A stretch of 64,000 bases of DNA from Eledone cirrhosa (taxonomy: Eukaryota), in NCBI GenBank assembly GCA_964016885.1, contig OZ024740.1:303862001-303926000 (forward strand), written 5' to 3'. Positions within the stretch are counted from its first letter, which is position 1, and each line of letters starts with the position of its first letter. Positions 41,801-57,400 of this stretch are shown here, piece after piece. Under the pieces are notes generated by a model. That model was not told the DNA's origin. It saw nothing but the letters and a program-made list of their open reading frames with translations, and did no database searches. The translations under genes and the position numbers were made by a program.

Positions 41801-44800
41801 ATGTAGTGCTTACAACTTTTTCTAAATATATAAATGGATACTAACCCATGCTAGCATGGAAAAATGGACGTTAAACTGATTACGATGATTATACTTGTCC
41901 CACCTTTGCAAGCAGGGAAAAATGGACGTAAAATGATGATGATGATACTAAAAACAGAAAAAAAGATAACAGGAACTATTTAATAAAATACAAAATTTTA
42001 CTCACTCCAAATCAAATTGATGAAATATCCGTCGCATCGTATCCTTCAAAGCTGCAGACCTTCTTTCTTCAGCATCGGTCATCTCAGCCAGCATTTCCTC
42101 AATCTCTTTTGTACGGTACCGTTTCCAACCTTTTTTTGAAGACATTAGCTCATACTGATTTGGTACTCTCTTACAAACATTTTCAGGCACTTCCATCTGA
42201 TACCGATTCTTGCCAGTCCCCCAATACACCATGGACTGATAAAACAAATGTAAAGATAAAAATTCGGAAACAGCAGAGACCAAATAGAAACAACTATAAA
42301 ATGGCAGTGGAAACAAAATTAAGAACGACAATCAAAGACAAAACAACTATAAAATTAGATTTAAAACTTACCCTGCAATCCATCAACTTTCTTTGTTGGT
42401 CTAGATATCGATCTAGAGAAGAGGTAGTTTCTTTAATATCTTCCACAGCACCATCATAGTCAGCATCAACTCCTGTAAAGAAGCAACACAACCAAGTTGC
42501 TGAAATACTGAAACACTAACATGGACGTATACTACAGCTTCTGCCATCTACACTACATGTTCACAACTACTCCACAACACCCAGGTTAGTTAGATTGATT
42601 TTTCATGATTAAAATAATGAGGAACCACCACATGTATAAGTATCCTATTATAACAAATTAAAAAATTATAATTTTAAATATTCACAGTAGCTGAGTTATT
42701 AAATCAAAATTCAACCTAGCTATGGATTTTGGTTGTAATCATCATCATTATTATGTCCATTTTCTCACACTTGCATGGGTTGGATGAGTCCTTCTCAGCA
42801 CAGTATCTCTCCAGTTGCCACATTTCTGTCATCTCCTCTGTGAGTCTCAGTGATTTGAGGTCAGCTCTCATCACCTGTCCAGGTCTTTCTTGGTCTACCT
42901 CTACAACAACTTACTGACATTTCCTGGCATTTCTTCACCCATCAGTCATCATCCATGCGCATTACATGTTTGTACTCACAGAATCTTCTCTCCTCCACAC
43001 CACCTCGGTTTCCTCTTAAACCCAGATTTTCCCTCAGTTCATCCGGGCTTTGCCTTTCTCTCACATTTACATTGCACAACCAACAAAGCATGGTTGCTTC
43101 ATTTCTCTCCAGTCGACACATGTCTTCTGCAGTCACTGCCCATGTTTCACTACCATGCAGCATTGCACTTCACACATCCAACGAAGCATGGCTGCTTCAT
43201 TTCTCTCCAGTACACGTCTTCTGCTGTCACTGCCCATGTTTCACTACCATGCAGCATCACACTTTGCACGTGTTTATATAAATCAAAACACTCGCAATAC
43301 TTTAACTTCAAAAGCCTCAAAAGATAATCCCTTTCCCATCACATTTATTTGGCTGTGATATTAAATACCATCACCACCACCACCACCATCATTATTATCA
43401 TCATTATCACCACCATCATTATCATCATTACAGTTTAACATCTATTTTTCACGTTTGCATGGGTTACACAGGTTGTCACATTCTGAAGCTAGACAGATCA
43501 AGTGACCACGCCTTGCTCAATATGCTCTGTTTCTGGTTTGGATTCTACAACTGGATACCCTTCGTAACACCAACAACTTTACAACATGAACTGGGAGCAT
43601 TCTTTGTGGTACCAGTATTATCATCTTACATGGTGGACAGGATGCTATAGATGTTTGGTATAAATGTAGTGAAATTTTGAGTGGTCAATTTTTTACCTAC
43701 CTTTGTTAGGAACTATGACACCATCTTTTTTAGCTTTGTTGTGATCAAACCCATTCTGATTAAATAAAAACAAAAAACACCAAAATGTTAGAATCAGCTA
43801 AGCAAAGGTTATACATTCAAGCAACTAATTCTAATATTGATTAGGCTACAAGATCAATATGTATGGAGGATTATTGTCATCTGCACTAAAGACACATGTC
43901 CAATATATTCAAACTCTTCTTTTCCCATTTATTCCCGAGAGGGTTGTTGGGGTAGAGACCTCAAACACTCCTTCCAGCAGGTTCTGTCAGAAGCAACCAT
44001 CTCCAATTGATCAGGCTGGATCCCCAAGTGAGAACAGCCGAGCTCATGGATGTTATCCAACCATCTTGCCCGTTAAATCTGTCCAGCAATTCTTTCCGGA
44101 GACATTCTAACCACATGTCTGTAATATCGGAGTTGTAATCTCTCAATCTCTGATCACCAAGCTATGCACTCTATCGAGTAACATTACTCCATTGACCCTT
44201 CAAACTCTTGAAGGATTAATTTTAATTGAAATGCATAACACATTATTATCCTAATTTTCTTTAACAATTAGTTAAAATGTTGTAACATCAATGTCGTTTG
44301 TTGTTTTAATGTCCGCTTTCCCTGCCAGCAAGGGTTGGTTGGGTCTACATAGACCAAGTTAGTACTGAAGTGGAACCACTGATCTCCCAGACAGACCAGT
44401 GATCTGTGTTTCACTTTATGTACACAGGAGATGTTAAAATAATAATGAAATTATTGTGTACAGTGCTCAGGTGCACTACAATTCGTCAAAGGTGCATGTA
44501 TAGTACATAGAATAATACACAAATGCCAGGGAAGTGAATAGTGTATGAGTCATGATATACATGTGTGTATGTGTATGGAGAGGGAACATTAGGTGTAGAG
44601 TTGGCGAATCTCAGGAAGCGTGGAGGCCTTAAAGGATGCAGTGTCTCGACAGCTAACAACCGATACAGGTAGTTTGTTGTTATGTCTTTGACACAACTCA
44701 GGGTCCCCCAACCCTTTTTTTTGACAAGTTTTCTCTGACTGGATGCCCGTCCTATCACCAACCACTTGACAGCATGTACTGGGAGCGTTTATGCAGAAAT

Positions 44801-47800
44801 ATTGAAATGGTGGGCATAAAAATGAAAATGTTAGCATTACATGAAATATATTCTTTATTAAAATTATATTGATTTATGTAAATACTTACATCAAAATACT
44901 TTAGTTTTTCTGTCATATCAGGAAAACAACCAGAAGAGGATGAAGTTTTGAAAGTGACTGTTTTTCTCAGTAGAATAGACCTGTAATTAAGAATTAGTAT
45001 AACATAAATATATTTATCACCAATATTATATTTATTAGAATCATTATAAATATCACTCAATCATGAAGTAGAAGTTGTTATTACTAACTGTTTATTTTAT
45101 CAATTGTAAATGGATAAAGAAGAAATATCTTGAAGTGAGAAAAATATAAAACTAACAGCTAGGAAGATAAAGTAGTGGATCACTTAATTGACACTTCTAA
45201 CCAACCAGCTGTGGCTACAGCAATTCCATGTATGTCTCTGCTGATGTAGCTATGGCCATGGTATTTAGCTCCCAACATCACAGCCAACTCTCGGGTCCCA
45301 AATAATAGGGGTGTTGGAATAAGAGGGGAATTGGAAAATCAGTAATTTTTTTAGGTTGTCTCAGCTGAATTTTTAAAAAACCAGAATTAGTCATTTAGTT
45401 TACCCCAAACCCACCCTATTTATTTTATAATGTATATCATATATATTTTTTAATGTCTAAAGAAAATTGTCACAGGAATGTTACCACTTAAAATAAAATT
45501 TCGCCAGATAGATTAGCAAAATTCAATATGTAGGAGGGGCATTATGTGAGACTCGAGAGTATATAGCTGTCAATAAATATGACAGTAAAATGACTCAATC
45601 AACATCAAACGTGACACAACATTAGTGCTGGGTTGAATTCCTCCAGTGGACTTTAGCTATGATAGATGTGCTAAGTAGGATGACAGAGCTAGGCAGGCCA
45701 AGAGAAGTAATTTAACTTGAAAGGGGGCATAATGTAATGTCTGCAATAGAAGTTGAGTTTGGTAGTCCAGCACTTAACTGTTAGTATTTAACTTTTCTTA
45801 TGGAATTTCAAATATGGTTGTCCCCCGTTATTCGTGGGGGTTATGTTCCTAGAGCATCCCCGAAGAGAGAAATGATGCGGATATTGGACATGGTACATAA
45901 AAATGTCTATAAACGTCAAAATATAATTTTAAAAAAAGAGGGAGCGTCTTATGCGAAGGGGCATTCAATAGGTCGGCAAATATGGTATATTGTTATTAAT
46001 AATTTAGCGTTAAAAAAATATATATTGCCACAAAAAAATTGTGGAAGATATTTATGATTCCATGAATATGTGGTAGTTTCCACAAACAATTATTAGTTAG
46101 GTTCTAAGGAAAATTCCGCAAATAACCAGGGCCGTGAATGCCGTGGGTTTGAACATATACTGCATAGCAATGTCGAGGGAATCTACTGGTTAGATTATTA
46201 GGGATCATCAAATGTCAATGATTCATTTAATATACTACATTACTGAAGAATATCAATATCTTTAATTATTTCATACAAATATATCATCATCATCATTATT
46301 TAACATCTGTTTTCCCTGGTCCAAAGGGTTAGACAGGTTTCTGGTGTGCTAGGAGCCTACACCTTGCTTATATATGCTCCCACATCTCGCTTACATACAT
46401 TCCCATGCTCTACCGAGTGTACAAAATACATTTGAAGAATTAGAAATTTTGAAAAGATGCTTACTTGAAACCATCAACTTTGTCTTGAAAGGGTTGTATT
46501 ATCTTTTGGGCAACTTTAAACCCTTCCAAAGCAGAAATGAAATCTTCAATTTTTCGTTTACTGAAATAAACAAAATTTCTTACATTATTATTGGGGCTTT
46601 TTCCAAATTGAATTTAAAAAAAGGTTAACTGAAGTTAAAATATTGAAACATTATTAAAAAGAGTACAAAAAAGACATCTATATTACCTGTATGTGAGGCC
46701 TTCATAAAGAATTGCACGGTTATCAGGATGCTCCTTACTTCGGTTAGATAATCCAAGAGCATGAATTCTTTAAAAAAAAGAAATCAAAGATAAAATTATA
46801 TTGACCATATGTGCATATACATGACATGTTATTGCTGGAGAACAGCAGATTTCCAGACTCTCTTTTTAGAACAAATTCCAGTAACACTATATTTTTCATG
46901 ATCATCATCACCATTTAATGTCCATTTTCCACGCTAGCATGGGTTAAACGAGCTGTCCCATTGTGAGACAAGCCAGGTCAGATGACCATGTCTTGCTCAT
47001 ACAGAAATGATTCTAGCTTGCTTTCTATGACTGGATGCCCTTCCTAATGCCAACCACATTTACAGTGTGTACTGGGTGCTTTTTGTTATGACACCTACAC
47101 AACTTTACAGTGTGACTGGGCACTTTTTGCTGTGGCACCAACACAAACACTCTACACTGCCACTTATTCCTATCCCACCCTATTATTTGGGACCTGAAAG
47201 TAAGAAATTGTTCATTATCGTTTAATATCCACTTTCCCTGCTAGCAAAGATTGGACGTTATAATTACAGCTTTTGAATCACAGAATGGTAGGGTGCTAGA
47301 CTAATGTTTCAGTACTTTATTATATTCTGAATTAAACTCCCACCAATAGTGTCTTTCATTCCTTTAGTATGAAGAAACCAACAATAAAATACTGGGTTCA
47401 ATTTAAGTGAGTTCACTCCTTCAGTGTTCATATTCTCTCTCTAACACACAAAATTAACCATTTTGATACCAAACGACCTGAAACCTCCCCTAGTTCTATG
47501 ATACAAATCTGTTTGTTTTAAATTGTTTATCATCATCAGCAGCACCGTTTTACGTCCGTTCTTCCATGCTAGCATGGATTGTCCTGTTGTGGGCAGTGTC
47601 CGGTCGGCTGACCTTGTCTTGCTCATACGGGAACTGATTCTGGCTTGATTTCTACAGCTGGATGCCCTTCCTAACACCAACCTCATTTACAGTGAGTGCT
47701 GGGTGCTTTTTTTTTCCGTGGCGCCTACACGTCCACTTGTCCGTTTTTCCCTGCTTGCAAGGGTGGGACGGGTCTTATTCAGCACAGCATCTCTCCACTC

Positions 47801-50800
47801 GTCACGGTCCTTCGTCATCTCCACCGTGAGCTTCAATGATCTGAGGTCTGTTCTCACCACCTCCTCCCATGTTTTTCGTGGTCTACCTCTAACACGTCTT
47901 CCTTCAACTGGCATTTCCTGGCACTTCTTCACTCATCGGTCATCCTCCATGCGCATCACATGTCCATACCACCTCAGTCTCCTGTCCCGTACACTACATT
48001 CTATCCCTCTCAACACATTTATGCTGGGTCGTTCACGCACATTTACACTGCGCATCCAACGGAGCATGCTTGCCTCATTTCTCTCCAGCCGTCGCATATC
48101 CTCTGCAGTTGCTGCCCATGTCTCACTACCATGCAGCATCGCGCTCCTCACACAGGCATCATACAACCGGCCTTTCGTACGCAGGGAGAAACCTTTCTTC
48201 GTCAACAGAGGAAGCAGCTCCCTAAACTTCTTCCAACCCGTCCTTATTCTAGATACTATGGCCTCGGAACACCCTCCTCCCATACTAATCTGATCTCCTA
48301 GGTACCGGAAGCTATCCACCACTTCTATAGCGCCCTCCTGCATTTGAAAAATGTGTCTATCAATGCGACTTCTACTGTCTAATTTCCCTGTACATCTACT
48401 GCACACATATTTCTCCCTACCTGTTAGTTTGCCTGCTATCCCGCTACATCTCTTGTGTACATTTTATAAAATTTATGCCAGTTCCTTTTCTGCATATCAA
48501 ACATGGCCATTTCCCTGACGGAATCAGGGTTTTGTCCTCTTTTCTACTCATCAACACTTTTGTCTTAGCTAGGTTCACTCTCAGTCCTCTTGCTTCCAAC
48601 TGCTGTTTCCATAGCCAGAATTTATTCTCTAGCTCCTCTACTGATTCTGCTATAAGAACCAGATCGTCAGCATAGAGAAGTTCCCATGGACAGCCAGTCT
48701 TAAACTCCTCTGTTATGGCTTGGAGGACTATAATGAACAAGAGCGGGCTGAGGACCGAACCTTGATGTACTCCTACTTGTATCTGGAATTCCTCACTAAA
48801 CTCCATTCCTACCCTGACTTTACTGAGAGTACCTCTGTACAAAGTTTGCACTGTCCTCACAAGCCATTCCTCAACACCTAGCTTCCTTAGGAACCACTAG
48901 ATGACAGATCGGGGTACCCTATCAAAGGCCTTCTCTAGGTCAACAAAGGCTAAGTATAGTGGCTTATTTTTCTCTAAGAACCTCTCTTGCAATTGTCTCA
49001 CCAAGAAGAGGGCATCTGTTGTACTCTTCCCAGGCACAAAACCAAACTGCATCTCATCTAGTTTGACCCTTTCTCTAATTAGTTGTGCTAATATCCTTTC
49101 TGCCACTTTCATAACCTGATCTATCAGTTTTATACCCCTATAATTGCTCCTCTCCAGAGCATCCCCTTTACCTTTGTAGCAATTTATGAGAATACTGCTG
49201 CACCAGCCTTTGGGTATGACACCACCATATATAGCCTGATTGATGATGCGTGCAACCAGTTTAGTGCCTACGTCCCCTGATGCCTTCAGCATCTCAGCAA
49301 CTATTCCCGATGGTCCAGCAACCTTACCATTTTTCATTTCCCTAATCGCCTCTTGGACCCTATATTCGTCAATCTCAATAGCTGGTCCCTCTGTCGGATC
49401 TACTAAAGGTAATTTCTCTCTCCCATTCATTCTCCACATTCATCAGTCTCTCATAATGACATTTCCAGGCCTCCTTTTTCTGATCATTCGTGACACTAAG
49501 TACACCGGCATCATCCCGGACACATTTATCTCCAACAACATCCTGATTTGCATTGACACACTGCCTTGCAATGTGGAACACCGCACGCCTCTGATCTTCC
49601 CGTCGCAGAACATTGGCAAACGTCCTACTCTCCGCCTCCCTGCGTGCTAAGTACACTTGACGTCTAGCTTCTCTCTTAGTGGCTGTATATTCTTGCCTAC
49701 TTCCACCCTTTTTCCAAGCCTTCCATGCTAGTCTTTTGTCTCTAATGGCCTTATCTACTGTGCTGTTCCACCACCAGGTCACTCTCTGTCTGGTTGGAGC
49801 TCTGCTCCAGCCACAAGTTTCATCAGTAGCCTGCAGCAAGTTGTCACGTAAGAAATTCCAATTATTATCTATGTCATACGTCTCTAAATCGTCTTCTTTT
49901 TCGTCATATACATCTTGAAGGGCTTTCCTAAATTTGTATTTTAGTGAAAGGTCTTTTAGCTTCTCCACACCTTCCTATATGTCTCATTCCATCTCTTGCT
50001 TACTGAGATATCACTAACGACTAACCTATGCTGTGGGGTACATTCTTCCCCAGGGAATGCCTTGGTATTAGACACTATCTGCCTGTCCCGCTGCCTAACT
50101 AGTAAGAAGTCAATCTGGCTTATGTGCTCACCAGATTTGTAGGTTATTAGGTGATTGGCAGGTTTCTGGAAGTTTGTGTTGCAAATAGTCAATGTACCCG
50201 CATCACAAAATTCAAGAAGTCTCACTCCTTCATTTCTTGAGCCATAACCGTGCCCACCATGTACCCCAGTGTAACCATCCTGGAGCTGTCCAACATGACC
50301 ATTGAAGTCTCCTGCTAGCATAACGATGTCTCCGTCCTCTGTCATTGCAGTTGTTTGTAAAAGTTGCTCGTAAAAGCAGTCTTTCTCATCTTTGCCTAGG
50401 CCTGCTTGGGGAGCATAGGCCGAGATGATTGTCAGTAGTCTCCTACCTACAACTAATCTAAGGTTAATTATTCGATTACGAACTCAAACTACCTCTATTG
50501 TCTTATTGATCCATTTCTCAGCCAGGAAAATGCCTACTCCCCCTAACCCATCATCCTTACCTACCCAGAATAGCTTATAGCTAAGACGTTTGCCTACGAC
50601 TAGTCTCGCAGAGGCACCTCTCCATCTCACCTCTTGCACGCAGCACACATCCACCTGCCTTCTCTCCAGCATCTCCGCTATTTCAGCAGATCTACCTCTG
50701 AGAGTGCCAACATTAAGTGTTGCAACTCTGAGATGCGAGTCTTCATATTTTGTTGTTGTTCCTATTTGTTGCTGTGCTGATAAGCGTTTTGGCATTGATA

Positions 50801-51445
50801 CACTGGTTGGATGCCCTTCCTAACACCAGCGCCACTTTACAACATGGACTGGGTGCTTTTATTTGTGCCCCCAGCACTAGAGAGGATGTCTTACTAGACT
50901 CAAGGGCCTTCTCTACCCCTCCATTTTACAGCATGGTCATTAAAAAAAAAAAAAAAACACTTATTGACACGACACGCACTCACACACCACTGCTCATGCA
51001 TACAAACCACAAACACACACATGCCACTCACATACCAACACTCATTCATGCATACAAACATACACACCACTCACAAACATATATATATATTACCGGCAGT
51101 ACTGATACAAATACAAAATTAATATCATGTCAACTGTTGACTTTTCCCAGTCCAGTTCAGTTTTTATATAATAATAATAATAATAATTGTTTGCTTTAAG
51201 CTGGTAATGGTGGTGGTGGTGGATGGTCAGTGATGGTGGTGGCAGTTGTTATTGTAGTTGCTGCTGCTGTTGCCATTGTTGTTGTTCTTCATTTCACTGA
51301 TGCTGCAGACAATGATGTTGATGCTGTTATTGTAGTCGCATATATATAAATACATACATACACACACATTCAACACAGACAATGGTGTTGTTGCCGTTGT
51401 TGTAGTTGTTGCTGTGTTGAAATCTGGTCGCATCCATTGAGATAT

Positions 51446-51485
<40 letters not shown>

Positions 51486-54400
51486 GTATATACACATACA
51501 TACATCAAAAGAGTTAGCAGTATGTCAACAGGGAACAGGTCAGCCACCTTAGATAGAGTAATGAGTAATGTGGTGATGGTGGGGAGCGAGTGTAGACGTT
51601 ATTGTTATTGCGGTGGCGGGGGTCAGTGAGATGTACAAGTTCATAGTTCACTTGTCTCATATATTTATCTAAAACTTTTCCATGGTGCTCTGATCCCAAA
51701 CTGTTTGTGTTAAATTGTTTATATTTATCTAAAAACCTCTCCTGGTTCTATGATACAACAGTGTTTGTTTTCATAAGTCTTAGATCATATTTGTATGTTA
51801 CATTTGTTCAGTTATGTTCCTAACACCAACTCATCATTATCCTTTTATGTCTGTTTTCCATGCTTGCATGGGTTGGACGAGTTTTTTTGTAACACGGTTT
51901 CCCTCCACCTATTGTTTTACTTCGTCATCATCTGTACAAGATTTAGTGGTTTGAGATCTGCCCTCTTAACTACTCTACTGCAGCTTTCTTCCACTGGGAA
52001 CTCTTGGCACTGCTTCACCCAACAATCATCATCCATATGCATGACATGTCCATACCAGTGGTGTTCTTTATGATACAGTACACTTCATGCTTCTTATACC
52101 CAGTTTTTCTCTCAGCCCATCCATACTTTGCTGTTCATGCATATTAACATTGGACATCTATTGCAACATGCATGCTTCATTTCTCTCCAGCCCCCACACA
52201 TCCTTTACATTCACTATTCGTGTTTCATTTCTATGCAGTATCACACAGCTTTCCTTTCTTTCATAGAGAGAAACCTTTTGTTGTCAACACAGGCAGTAAT
52301 TCTCTGAATGTTTTCCAGCTTGTTCTTATTCTACCTACTATACTTTCAGAATAACCTCCTCCACTGCTAATTTGGTCACCTTGGTAACTTAAAAATGAGA
52401 AAGTTAGTTATATTATAAATCCTCAAAATTCTTGAATATTTTCAAAATGATTTGACTGTCTTTTGTTAGAAATATGGTAATGAAAGTGTTAATTCATACA
52501 CACCTGCTTAAAATTCTTTCCAAATCTGGAAGTTTCTTCAGTTGCTCCCTTGTATCAGCACTCACATCTGGAATATTCATCAGATCTTCAAGACTATCCA
52601 AACGATCATTGATAGATTTAGGATTGCACAATGGTGCACAGAGCCAAGTACGAAACAAGCGTTTCCCTGTCAAAACCAAAATAATATTGACCTCAAATTT
52701 ATAATCATTATCCCAAGTAAAATTGATCATCATCCTCATCAGCATTTCAATAATCCTTTAGGTATATATCAGACATTTTTATGATGGAGTAACAGAGCCA
52801 AAAAGGACCTTTTTACAGTCATTCAATCTGCTAAAAATAGTAGCCAAATCTCACCCTATTTCAAGAGAGGAATGACACGTTGGATAATATAGTCACTGAT
52901 ATTTAAAAAAAATATTGGATGGGCATGGCCGGAATGGTCTGCTCCGCTGGGATTGAACAACAATAACAACAACTACAATATCATTATTCTCTAGGATGGA
53001 CATGGCTGGAATAATCTGCTCCACTGGGATTAAACAATAACAACTACATTACTATTATTTTACATTCACAGATCCTTTTAGAAGCCATTTAAGTTCCTCA
53101 GTTCTAACATGGAGAGGTCACAATTACAGAAAATGTTATTACCATGTAAGGAGATCAAGTGATTCAGCTATATAACATCAGACTGTAAACACTTTTCATC
53201 TCATCATCACCACCATTTAACATCCATTTTCCAGGCTAGCATGGGTTAGACGAGTTGTCTCGTTGTGAGACAAGCCAGGTCAGATGACCGTATGTTGCTT
53301 GTATAGAACTGTTTCTGGCTTGATTTCTATGGCTGGATGCATCTTCCTAATGCCAACCAAAAAGAAGGTACTTTTTATTGTGGCACCAAAACAACCACTT
53401 TACTGTGTGGACTGGGCACTGTTTGTCATGGCATCTACACAACCACTTTACAGTGTGGACTGGGCGTTTTTTGTTGTGACACCTACACGACCATTTTACA
53501 GTGCAGACTGGGCTCTTTTTGTCATGACATCTACACGGCCACTTTACAGTGTGGACTGGGCGCTTTTTTCCGTAACGCACTCGTTCTTATATTTGAAGAA
53601 CATATATTAGATCTTTTGTGGACTTTCTCATATCAGTTCAGTGAGACTATGTAAGATAGGGAGAGAACTGGTAGTCAGAAAACGAATCAGAGGTAACTCT
53701 AACTGATAATATCCTACACTGCAAGAAACCTCATTAAATAAGTGGTGTTTTAAGTATAAAACAGCTCTAAGACTGTATCACATTTCTTTTCTGCAAATTT
53801 ATGTGATGATCCACTAATAAAAATACTATAAACCCATATTTTGATATTTTCTGCTCAATCATTACAAGATGTTAAGAATTAAATATTATGTTTCATCTGA
53901 AATATATGTTGTAACTAAAGTCCGTCTCAAGCCAGGAGGCTCATCAGGCTAGTGCTTATCTCAACTTTGTGGTGTGAAGCGACTGAGAGTACATGACTCC
54001 CTCTTGGACAAGATGCCAGTCCATTGCAGGGTTAAACCCCAAGCTATTACTGGTACTCATTTTCAGGTGAGTATACTGGAGCAATGTGAAATGAAGTGTT
54101 TTGCTCAGGAACTCAACAGACAGCCCAGGAATTGAACCCATGACATTATGATTCTAAATCCAACACCCTTACCACTAGGCCAGGCACCTCCACTATGTTT
54201 AAACTGGCATCAGCAAATATCCCACAATATAAAAAAATTGTATTAACAGAGAAAGAAAGAAAAAAAAAATCAATACTATTTACCAAATGGTATGGTGCAG
54301 TGATCCAGTTTTTCTAGAAGAGTTCCTTCTTTTGATCCATTCAAACCATTTTCTGTGATGTCTAAGTTACACAGAGTGACATCATCAAGGACCTGATAAA

Positions 54401-57400
54401 TATAAAGCAAGATATAATAAGAGTGTGGTAAATTTCATAATCAATTAGGTGATAGGAGTAACACTGAAGACCATCTTCATTTAGAGCAGAAGTTCTCAAA
54501 CTTTTTGGGCCACCGCCACCCTCAGCGCACCCAACCCTATTTCCAGAGAGACCTGCCTACACGTAAATTGTAAATAATATATCATCATCATCATCTTTGT
54601 TTAACGTCCATTTTCCACGCTAGCATGAGTTAGACGGGAGTTGTCCCATTTGAGGCAAGGTTGGTCAGGTGACCGTGTCTCGCTCATATAGGACTATCTG
54701 GCAGGTTTTCTACGGCTGGATGCCCTTCCTAACACCAACCACATTTACAGTGTGGAACTGGGAACTTTTTACCGTGTTACCTACACGGCCACATTACAGC
54801 GTGGACTGTGTATTTTTTCTCGAGACACCTACACGATCTCGATCTCATTTATTTGGACTGGATGTTGTGGTACCAACTTTATAGAGAGAGGGTGGTTTTG
54901 GTGGGAGTGGGAGGATAGGGGTGTATATTTGGTTAAGAGGTGCCTACTGACTGTAGGTTTCGCTTTGTACATAGGCAAGGCGGGTCTTCTGTATTACTGC
55001 ATAGCACCAAAGATCTCGGTCCAGTGACATTGTCTTAGAGGGGTGCAAGCGTGTAAGGTCGGAATTTATCAGGTTTTTCTGGGTCTTCCTACTCCATAAC
55101 TACCATCAATTTTGATCGCCTTGCACTTTTTTATACAGCTGTCGTCTTTCATGCGCATCACGTGGCCATACCAACGTAGTCTTCTCTCAAGTAAACAGCA
55201 TCTGATCCCTCTTATTCCTAATTTCTCACTTAGTTCATTTATGCTTTGCCGTTCACGTATATTACTATTACACATCCAACGGAGCATGCATGCTTCGTTC
55301 CTTTTCAGTCTGCGCAGGTCCTCTGCATGTAATGCCCATGTCTCACTGCCATGTAGCATTGCTGTTCATATACAAGCATCATCGTTAATTTATCTATAAA
55401 TAATATAATATATACTATGTAAAAATAAATATTATATATTTTTCTTTTTACTATATTTATATATAATATGTCTCATTTGATATTTAATATACTATTATAA
55501 TCATCTCTACGCCCCTCCCCTGGTCCCAGTGCCCCTCAAGACCATCTCAATGCCTCCAGGGGGGCAGTAGCACGCACTTTGAGAACCTCTAATTTTGAGT
55601 AACCAAAAACAATGGACTAACTCGACCTTTTAAATGGCTGAATTGGTTTAGGTACAAAAGTATACATACGGCATGGAGTCATATATAAAAAGTAAAAAAA
55701 AACTTTAACAGAAATTATCCATGCAATCAATAGAGAAAACCTTCCTCTAGAATGTTTAAAATCTAAATTTTAGATTTTAAACATCCTTAGAGGGAGTTTT
55801 TGTCTACTAATAATCAGTTTTTTCGACTCACTGTACTGTGACACTCTACTGTGTACACTCGGGTCTCAAATAACCTCCCCTGCTCATTAATTTTCCAGAT
55901 ATTTTCCACACCCCACCCCACCCCCACTCCAATTAAATTTTGCTAACGATATTTTATTTTACGTGGTAGCATTCCTGTGACAGACATTAAAAACAAGTAC
56001 ATTGCTAGAAATACCATACGTTATAAAATAAATAGGATGGGTTGGGGTCTCAATATGTAAACTAAACGACTAATTCTGTTGTTTTAAGAAAATCAATGGA
56101 GACAACCTAGAAAAATTACCGATACCCCTGCCCCATTTATTCCAACCCTATTATTTATGACCCAAGATTATGTATTTAGTATTCAAAATGCTATTCTGAG
56201 ATACCCTATTCTTATCCATATTGAGTAAAAATTTAATGATAAAACAATAACAGGATCTGTGGAAATTTCATGGTTTATAAAATATTTTGTTATTATTTTG
56301 ATATAAAAATATATAAAACATAACAGTTAAACATGGGGATTGTGACAAACAGAATAATTTTATGGATGATCCTAAATCTGTAAACACATTCAATATCAGT
56401 GTAAAACATAGGAATATAAAATTTATAAAAATGGAAAAAGTGTAAGGAGGGAAAAAAAATGAAATAAATTATACCTGAACAAGGTTCAATATTTTTGTAT
56501 TTTAACCCTTTTGACACCAACTACCTGAAACTGCCCTGGATTTATGATACAAAACTAATCATGTTAAAATGTTTATAGTTATATTAAAACATTTCATCAC
56601 AATTTTATTTAAGAAATTTTTGCTAAATATCAGCTTACTAACGAAAAAGTTAGTTATATTATTAAATTCTTCCAAATATTTGATCTTCTTTGCCCACTTG
56701 TTCCTGAGAGGGTCATAAGAGCAGAGTCCGCAAACACTCCTTCCAGTGGGTCCTGTCAGAAGCAACAGTCTCCAACTGATCTGGCTAGATCCCGAAGCGA
56801 GACCAGCCAAACTCATGGATGTTATCCGACTATCTTGTTCGGGATCTACCCCTGGGTCTTCTGCCAGTTGGTTTTGCCCGCAAAATCTATCCAGCGATTC
56901 AGTCCTGAGACATTCTAACCACATACCCATAGTATCGGAGCTGTGATCTCTCAAATCAGAGAAGTAGTGGCTCTACTTAGAGCGACTCTCTGATCTCTGA
57001 GCTATGTACTCTAACAAGTAACATTACTCCAAAGACTCTTTGAAAGAACTCCATTTCGGCCACTGATATTACGATTGTATTCTTTCAATCATTACCCAAG
57101 ATTCATGACCATAGATAAAGGTTGGCACAAATACTGAATTGAAGATAGTGACTTTGGCTTTGATAATTTTCAAAATTAATTGAAACACAAACATCGTGTG
57201 TTTTATTAGAAATAGAGCAACAAAAAGGTTAAGATGCAACAGAAATATTTTTAAAAGAATAAAGTCATTTGAGATGACACATCCCAAACTTACCATATGT
57301 TGTTTTCCAGAAAACTCCTTGGTCACTGGATTGTTTGGGGTTGGTGCCAAGGTGTTTTTATCAAGAGGAATATATTCTTCAAAATTCTTCATGGATATCA

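Noticed and set aside
53385-53570. ORF with 16-aa Cys/His repeats (PVHTVKW.CRCHDKK) resembling a metal-binding protein
   Set aside because: It is the translation of the 48-bp subrepeat of an abundant SINE-like element.
53915-53965. CTGATGAGCC-TCCT-GGC on the minus strand as a hammerhead
   Set aside because: No GAAA after stem II; this is the 3' hairpin of a tRNA-SINE, and the sister copy at ~35820 lacks the core.
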